DNA from: Acidobacteriota bacterium
Lineage (GTDB): Bacteria; Acidobacteriota; UBA6911; RPQK01; JAJDTT01
Direction: 5' to 3'
Length of the DNA: 64,000 nucleotides
Assembly (NCBI GenBank): GCA_965209055.1
Contig: OZ242374.1
Location: 5,952,001 to 6,016,000, forward strand
Position numbers and translations under genes: made by a program. This document shows positions 58,601-64,000 of the stretch, in pieces. Numbering within the stretch: the first letter of the stretch is position 1; each line of letters begins with the position of its first letter. The notes under the pieces are model-generated. The model did no database searches. It was given only the letters and a program-made list of their open reading frames with translations, and had not been told where the DNA came from.

Positions 58601-61600
58601 AATCTCCTGCCGAACTCGTCAAGAAGCTCAACAGGTCGGCCATCTCCTTCACGCCGATCTCTTCCTCCAGCCCCTCCGGCATGCCGGACACACTGGAGAC
58701 GAACATGGCCCGGATATTCTCCCGGGGAATCGCGGTCTCCGAACCGTCTTCCCTGCGGAGGGTCACCGAAACCGGAGTCCGGGAGGCGATCACCCCTTCC
58801 TGAAGAACCCCGTTGTTCAGTTCCACCACGTACAGTTGGTAGTTGTCCGCAATCGCCCGGCTCGGCAGCATGATGTCCGACAGTAGCTCCTGCCGCGATC
58901 GATGCCGGACAGCCCCCAGATCGGGTCCGAAGCCGGTGTCGGCGCCCTCGATCTCGTGGCATTTCTCGCAGTTCTTCTCGAAAACCGCGGCGCCCTGAGC
59001 CGGGTTCCCCGCGACACCCAGCGCAGCCCGATAGCGTTCCAGGGCGGCGAGGCGCCGTCCTTCCAGCTTGCGCATCAGGTCATGGACCCGAGCCCGGATC
59101 GACGGGTCCGTGTGCATCACCAAGCGCGACTTGTGCCTCTGGCTGACGGTCCAGAAGGGGATGTCCCCGTTTTCGATGGACGTCAGCAGGAGCTCGACGG
59201 TCTCCGGTCTGGAAAGCAGCGTCGCGGTGGCTCCCAACCGCACGTCGGTCGTCATTTCCCTCCACTTGGAAATCAGCAGTTTCCCCGCCCCGTCGCCTTC
59301 CGTCCGCGCCAACGCCCGGACCGCCGCGACCTGGACTTGCTCCGGTTCCCGGTTGTCCAGGAGTCCGGCCAACAGGTCGAACCTGGACTTCGCGTCCAGG
59401 AGCGCCAGGAGACGCACCGAATCGGCCCTCAGAGCGGGGGACAACGTCCGGTCCCCGATCCTGGAGAGGACCCGATCCGGGAGGGATTTACCGACCCGGC
59501 TCAGCGGCTTCGGCGCCAGATCCAACAACTGCAGCGCCGCGCTGCGCAGCAACGGTGAGGACGATTCGGCCAGCTTCAACAGACGGCCGGTCGAGATGCC
59601 TGGTGTGCCATCGTCGCGCGATTCCCGGCGAAGCCCCCGGGCCAGCCCCTCCAGGCCGGCGGCGCGCCACCAGTCCGAAGCCGGCTTGCCCCTCCCGGAG
59701 ACCCTTTCGAAGAGCCGCCGCAGGGCCGAAGGATCGCCCGCCGCGCCGACAAGCGTCCCGATCTGCCGAAAAAATTCGACCCTCTGTTTCGATGCCGATC
59801 CGGAGAACTCGGATACGGCCAGTTCGAGCAGCTCGAGCGAACGGGGCGCGGAGGCGCTCAGCGCCGCGAGCTGAACCCAGGGGTCTTCCATGTCCTGCAG
59901 CAGCAACTGGCGGCGCGCCCGGCGGGCGGAAGGCGAATCCAGCCATCCCAGCGCGCAGAGCAGCTGGAAGCGCACCGCGGGATGGGCGTCCCCGGTCATC
60001 GCCAACAGGTCCTGCACCAGAGCGGGCGCCTGATCCAATCTCGACTCGGCGAGACGGATCGCATTTTCCCGGACTCCGGGCTCCGCGTCTTGGAGAGCAA
60101 CCTGGATGTCGGAAGTTCCCAGCGCTCCCAGACCCTCGAGCGTCCAGAGGGCGTGCAGCCGCGTGTCGGGACTGGAACTCGAACCGAACATCTCCCTCAG
60201 AGGTTCGACAGCCTCTCGACTCCGGCGGTCCACCAGCAATCGCTGCGCGTGAGTCCTCCACCAGCCGTTGGGGTGGTCCAGTGACTCCACCAGTTCCCGG
60301 TCCGAAGCCGGACCCAAGGCCAGCTTCGGATTCCATGGCGCCGGATTCTCAGATTCCGGAGTGATCCGGTAGATCCGCCCGTGCCGCCCGCCCTCGTAGA
60401 GGGCCTCCGGCCCCGGTCCGGGGTCGTGGTACTCGTCCGACATCCATTCCGGGTGCTCGATGATTCGACGGTAGTAGTCGACGACGTAAAGAGCTCCGTC
60501 CGGTCCCGCGTAAACGAAGACGGGACGGAACCAATGGTCCGTGGAGGCCAGGAACTCCGCCTCGTCCCGAATCCGGCTGGCCCTCAGCGAGACCCCGCCC
60601 TCCTTGAGGAGGTCGCTGTGCACCAGGTTGTGCGCCGGGTCGGCCACGAAAGAGGCCCGATCGTAGGGGGCGGGAAAGAGGCCGCCCGAATAGACGGCAA
60701 TCCCGCAGGCCGAAGTGAAATTCCCGATATCGGTCAGGATCCGATGTTTCGGATTCAGCGTGACCGGATAGACGCGAGGTGGATGATCGGAGACGTCCTT
60801 GGAGGTGGAGGCGGCTCCCAGCGCAGGGTTCCGGCTCAGGTACGGGGCGGCCAGAACCTGCTGGCGAATGTGCCGGACGCTGTTCAGAGTCAACAGCCGT
60901 CCCCAGCGGTCGAAACTCAAGCCGAACCCGCTGCTTCCGGAAACGGCCTCCAGTTGGTGCGTATCGGGCCGGAAACGGAGATTGCCGATTCGGTTCTCCA
61001 GGCGAGCGCCCTCGTCCCGGCCGGGGAACCGGATTTTGGAGCCCTCGTCGCCGAACTTATCCCGGAAGATGACGGTCCGGATGGGGGGCTCGTGAGCCAG
61101 GTAGATCCAGTTGTCCAGCCCGTAGCGCGGGTTGCTGACCGTGTGCTGGGGGTTGGTCAGGGCGAAACCGGTCAGAACGGCGGTCTTGACGTCGGCCCGG
61201 TTGTCGCCGTCGGTGTCCTCCAGATACCAGATGTCGGGAGCGTCGGTGACCAGCACGCCCTGCTTCCAGCGCAGGACCCCGGTGGGCAGCATGAGGTCGT
61301 CGGCAAAGACCGTGCTGCGGTCGGGCCATCCGTCGCCGTCGGTGTCCTCCAGCAACTTGACCTGCCCGTTCCGTCCTGTATTCAACGGGTAGCCGATCAT
61401 CTCCACCACGTAGACGCGGCCCTCCTCGTCGATCTCCATGGCGACCGGATCTCGAATCAGAGGTTCCGCGGCGAAGACCTCGATCCGGAAGCCCTCTTCC
61501 AGCACAAAAGTCTCAAGCGCTTGCTGCGGGCTGAATGGCGGGCCGGACCGGGTGCATCCGGCGAACAGCAGCGTGGTTCCCAGAAGGGAATGGAGCGCAC

Positions 61601-61664
61601 GCCGCCACGGCGGCGGAACTATTTTCCGAACGAGTTGGTCGTGGACGTTGAATTGAGTCGTCAC
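58599..61664 (-). CDS. PVC-type membrane-bound dehydrogenase / heme-binding CxxCH lipoprotein
   Basis: FAGC lipobox; FAAEPLIRDPVAM, LEDTDGDG, GLDNWIY, GPDGALYVVD, GRIYRI, HEAT-like repeats, CEKCH, GPDL. Start uncertain. Confidence 0.92.
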   Translation of the reverse strand: MTTQFNVHDQLVRKIVPPPWRRALHSLLGTTLLFAGCTRSGPPFSPQQALETFVLEEGFRIEVFAAEPLIRDPVAMEIDEEGRVYVVEMIGYPLNTGRNGQVKLLEDTDGDGWPDRSTVFADDLMLPTGVLRWKQGVLVTDAPDIWYLEDTDGDNRADVKTAVLTGFALTNPQHTVSNPRYGLDNWIYLAHEPPIRTVIFRDKFGDEGSKIRFPGRDEGARLENRIGNLRFRPDTHQLEAVSGSSGFGLSFDRWGRLLTLNSVRHIRQQVLAAPYLSRNPALGAASTSKDVSDHPPRVYPVTLNPKHRILTDIGNFTSACGIAVYSGGLFPAPYDRASFVADPAHNLVHSDLLKEGGVSLRASRIRDEAEFLASTDHWFRPVFVYAGPDGALYVVDYYRRIIEHPEWMSDEYHDPGPGPEALYEGGRHGRIYRITPESENPAPWNPKLALGPASDRELVESLDHPNGWWRTHAQRLLVDRRSREAVEPLREMFGSSSSPDTRLHALWTLEGLGALGTSDIQVALQDAEPGVRENAIRLAESRLDQAPALVQDLLAMTGDAHPAVRFQLLCALGWLDSPSARRARRQLLLQDMEDPWVQLAALSASAPRSLELLELAVSEFSGSASKQRVEFFRQIGTLVGAAGDPSALRRLFERVSGRGKPASDWWRAAGLEGLARGLRRESRDDGTPGISTGRLLKLAESSSPLLRSAALQLLDLAPKPLSRVGKSLPDRVLSRIGDRTLSPALRADSVRLLALLDAKSRFDLLAGLLDNREPEQVQVAAVRALARTEGDGAGKLLISKWREMTTDVRLGATATLLSRPETVELLLTSIENGDIPFWTVSQRHKSRLVMHTDPSIRARVHDLMRKLEGRRLAALERYRAALGVAGNPAQGAAVFEKNCEKCHEIEGADTGFGPDLGAVRHRSRQELLSDIMLPSRAIADNYQLYVVELNNGVLQEGVIASRTPVSVTLRREDGSETAIPRENIRAMFVSSVSGMPEGLEEEIGVKEMADLLSFLTSSAGD

Positions 61665-61679
61665 GAGTGCAGATTCTAG

Positions 61680-61837
61680 GAGTCTGCGCCGTAGAAATGA
61701 TCGTAGCGAGAAAGTGGAGAATCGAGGACAGATTTTCACGATTTTGAGGTGCATAGTTGTTCTATTCACCGAGAAATCGCACGAATATGGACCGATTCGC
61801 CGCTTTCGCAGTAGATTGATTTCTGCGGCGCAGGCTC
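61680..61837. mobile_element. 158-bp MITE with CTAG target duplication
   Basis: CTAG|GAGTCTGCGCCGTAGAAAT ... ATTTCTGCGGCGCAGGCTC|CTAG (17/19 TIR); inner inverted pair GAAAGTGGAGAATCG / CGATTCGCCGCTTTC; lower-GC interior. Confidence 0.85.
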
Positions 61838-62803
61838 CTAGTCCGCTTTCTGAAGCTTCTTCCTCATCTTGTCGAGCATGTCGTCGACCATGCGGTCCAT
61901 GTCGTACCCGGGTTCCCAACCCCATTCCCGCCGCGCGGCGCTGTCGTCGAGCGAGCGGGGCCAGGAATCGGCGATGGCCTGGCGGAGCGGGTCGATCTCG
62001 TAGTCCATCTCGAATTCGGGGATTCTCTTGCGAACGGCGCCGGCCAGTTCGGCGGGGGTGAAGCTCATGGCGGCGACGTTGAAGTCGGCATGGTGCCTGA
62101 GCCGGGCGAAATCGGCCTCCGCCAGGTCGATGACGGCCTTGATGGCATCGGGCATGTACATCATGGGCAGGCGTGTGTCCGGCTTGAGGAAGCAGGTGTA
62201 CCGCTTCTCCCGAATGGCCCCGAAGAAGATCAGGACGGCGTAGTCCGTGGTGCCGGCGGTCGGTTCCTGGTCCATGCAGCTGACGATTCCGGGCAGCCGC
62301 AGTCCACGGACGTCCAGGCCCACTTTCGTCGAGTAGTAGTTTCCCAGCAGCTCGCCGAACACCTTGGCGATTCCGTAGAGGGTGTTCGGCTTCTGGATGG
62401 TGTCGTTGGGGGTGGGTTCGCGGGGCGTCTCCGGACCGAACGCCGCGATGGAGCTGGGAGCGACGACCTTCTCCACTCCGCAGGCGTGGGCGGCCTCCAG
62501 AACGTTGTAGAGGCCGTTGATGTTGACCTCATGCCCACGCTGCCGCTCCTGCTCCGCCAGTGCGGAGAGGATGGTGCTCAGGTGATGGATGGCGCCGATC
62601 TCGTATTTCCAAATCGTGTCGACGACCTGGCTGTAGTCGGTGACGTCGACCACGGTGGCGGGGCCGCCTCTGATCACGGAATCGGGCAGGGCCGTCCTGT
62701 GGCCGGCCGCCACGACCATCTCGCCCCCGTAACGCGCTCTCAACGCGGGAACCAGATCCTGGCCGATCTGACCGGCCGCGCCTGTGACCAATATTCGCTT
62801 CAT
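61838..62803 (-). CDS. L-threonine 3-dehydrogenase-like extended SDR
   Basis: VTGAAGQIG, ILSA, PSSIAAFG, YGIAK, AGTTDYAV, LPMMYMPDA, RQAIADSWP. Confidence 0.9.
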   Translation of the reverse strand: MKRILVTGAAGQIGQDLVPALRARYGGEMVVAAGHRTALPDSVIRGGPATVVDVTDYSQVVDTIWKYEIGAIHHLSTILSALAEQERQRGHEVNINGLYNVLEAAHACGVEKVVAPSSIAAFGPETPREPTPNDTIQKPNTLYGIAKVFGELLGNYYSTKVGLDVRGLRLPGIVSCMDQEPTAGTTDYAVLIFFGAIREKRYTCFLKPDTRLPMMYMPDAIKAVIDLAEADFARLRHHADFNVAAMSFTPAELAGAVRKRIPEFEMDYEIDPLRQAIADSWPRSLDDSAARREWGWEPGYDMDRMVDDMLDKMRKKLQKAD

Positions 62804-62838
62804 GGACTTGCCCCACAACGGTCGGGAAATGACACGCG

Positions 62839-63405
62839 TCACCCTTCCAACGGTTCGGTTCCGGTCCCGGCATCACCATGTGCCAGGGAATCGGCGACTC
62901 GCTCCACGGCCTGTCGAAATGATTTCGGATCGATGGCTGGATACCGATACAGCTTGGACTCGATGGCGGCAAAAAGACGCATCAGATTCTCCGGCTCGAT
63001 CCATCCGCCCCGACCCAGCGCTTCCACGTCCTTCAGATCCTGGGCATGGCGCCGCTCAATCTTCGCGAGCGCTTGAGAATAGGGATCGTAATGATAGAAG
63101 GACACCCTTCCCTCACGGGCAACGAACAGGCTTCGCTCCCTCCACCCGGGCAGTTCGGGGATGAAGTCGGACGGTGACGCCAGCTCGATGTTTATTTTCA
63201 GATCCTCTTTCAGCCGCGGGACCGACCTGAAAACCTGATCGGTTTCGGGGAAAAACCGGATATCGACGTCGACTGTGGTCGAGCGCCAGCCCAGCAGAAC
63301 CGCAGTCGCGCCGCCGGTGAAGTACAACCGGGTCTCGACCGGCGCCGCTCGACCGACCGCGCGCATGAAACGGCGGATTCGGTCCAGGTCTGCTAGTTTG
63401 CGCAT
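62839..63405 (-). CDS. DUF6036-like nucleotidyltransferase
   Basis: YFTGGATAVLLGWRSTTVDVD, SPSDFIP, DPYSQALAKIER...DLKDV. Confidence 0.82.
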   Translation of the reverse strand: MRKLADLDRIRRFMRAVGRAAPVETRLYFTGGATAVLLGWRSTTVDVDIRFFPETDQVFRSVPRLKEDLKINIELASPSDFIPELPGWRERSLFVAREGRVSFYHYDPYSQALAKIERRHAQDLKDVEALGRGGWIEPENLMRLFAAIESKLYRYPAIDPKSFRQAVERVADSLAHGDAGTGTEPLEG

Positions 63406-63668
63406 TCCGCCGCCCGCTCGAAGCTGACAAGCCGCCGGATCAGCGCGTTGTATTTCGAATGAGCCCCGTCAGGGTCGGATTGAGCGAGGTGCAGATACAG
63501 TTTGATTTCCGGTGAACGGATGACCCGTCTGGGAATCGGAAGCCCGATTTCGCGCAATCGGGGCGCGCCTATCGAGACCAAAAGCGCAGACACCGTCGTC
63601 TCCCCGCGCCGGAGGTCCTCGATTCCCTCGCGTACAATCTCGACTCCGGGGAATCTCTCCATATTCAT
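63393..63668 (-). CDS. Small partner protein of the nucleotidyltransferase (putative antitoxin)
   Basis: 91 aa, overlaps the NTase start; extended -10 TGATAAAAT (63683-63675) 6 nt before the ATG. Confidence 0.75.
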   Translation of the reverse strand: MNMERFPGVEIVREGIEDLRRGETTVSALLVSIGAPRLREIGLPIPRRVIRSPEIKLYLHLAQSDPDGAHSKYNALIRRLVSFERAAECAN

Positions 63669-63713
63669 GGCCTCATTTTATCAGCCGGCGACAGGCACGA
63701 TTCGGCGCTTCGT

Positions 63714-64000
63714 TTACCGTTGCGCCGCTGCCGCGCAGATCCTTCGGGCTGCTCCCGTCACCTCCTCGTCGGTCCCGCCGAACAGCAGCCGGATGTGATT
63801 TACGGACCCGAAAAGGTCGCCCGGTTCCGCCAGGACGCCCCAGTCGAAGAGGAGCGTTCGCGCGAACTCCGCTCCCGTCAGCCCCAGTCCGCTGCTGTTG
63901 ACGAACAGGAAGGGAGCGCCTCTGGGAACGACATGGGAAAGGCCGGCGGCCGGCTCCAGTCCGGCCAGCATCAGGTCGCGGCTTCGCTGGTATCTCGGGG
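63714..64000 (-). CDS. PLP-dependent aminotransferase class I/II, C-terminal part (truncated by the window edge)
   Basis: PRGAPFLFVN...GVLAEPGDLFG...HIRLLFGG...EVTGAARRI. Confidence 0.75.
   Translation of the reverse strand, partial: PRYQRSRDLMLAGLEPAAGLSHVVPRGAPFLFVNSSGLGLTGAEFARTLLFDWGVLAEPGDLFGSVNHIRLLFGGTDEEVTGAARRICAAAAQR

Overview
GC-rich bacterial window. Acidobacteriota is the likely source, from the acidobacterial-type VWA protein, the PVC-type CxxCH protein and the ECF/Ser-Thr kinase locus; this is inference. Housekeeping and metabolic blocks (lysR-gltB-gltD, NanA-like aldolase, qor, EF-G2, lgt, rluD, hydantoinase A/B, CocE, SDR threonine dehydrogenase) alternate with two accessory regions. 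Region 1 (about 1.8-15.7 kb) holds a HigBA module and a 5' fragment of a group IIC intron inserted into a REP-like hairpin with a matching EBS1/IBS1. It also holds an ECF sigma / membrane Ser-Thr kinase / giant autotransporter locus with a repeated TGTCCG-N16-CGTYAYTA promoter, collapsed remnants of two further units, and an IS1182-like relic. Region 2 (about 38.7-50.5 kb) holds a pseudokinase-ATPase-TPR-sigma54 activator, a broken MazEF-like module, an uncharacterised operon of three helical proteins plus a holin-like gene, and a GAF-PAS-HK-REC-wHTH hybrid regulator. Two distant AT-rich patches (14.4 kb and 48.0 kb) share four half-sites at offsets 0/11/32/43 followed by a -10 box, suggesting one regulator for both regions. 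A 158-bp MITE, GGAG-footed REP-like hairpins and a DUF6036-type pair are also present. No rRNA, tRNA or CRISPR array was seen. All family assignments are from motif recognition, not database searches.
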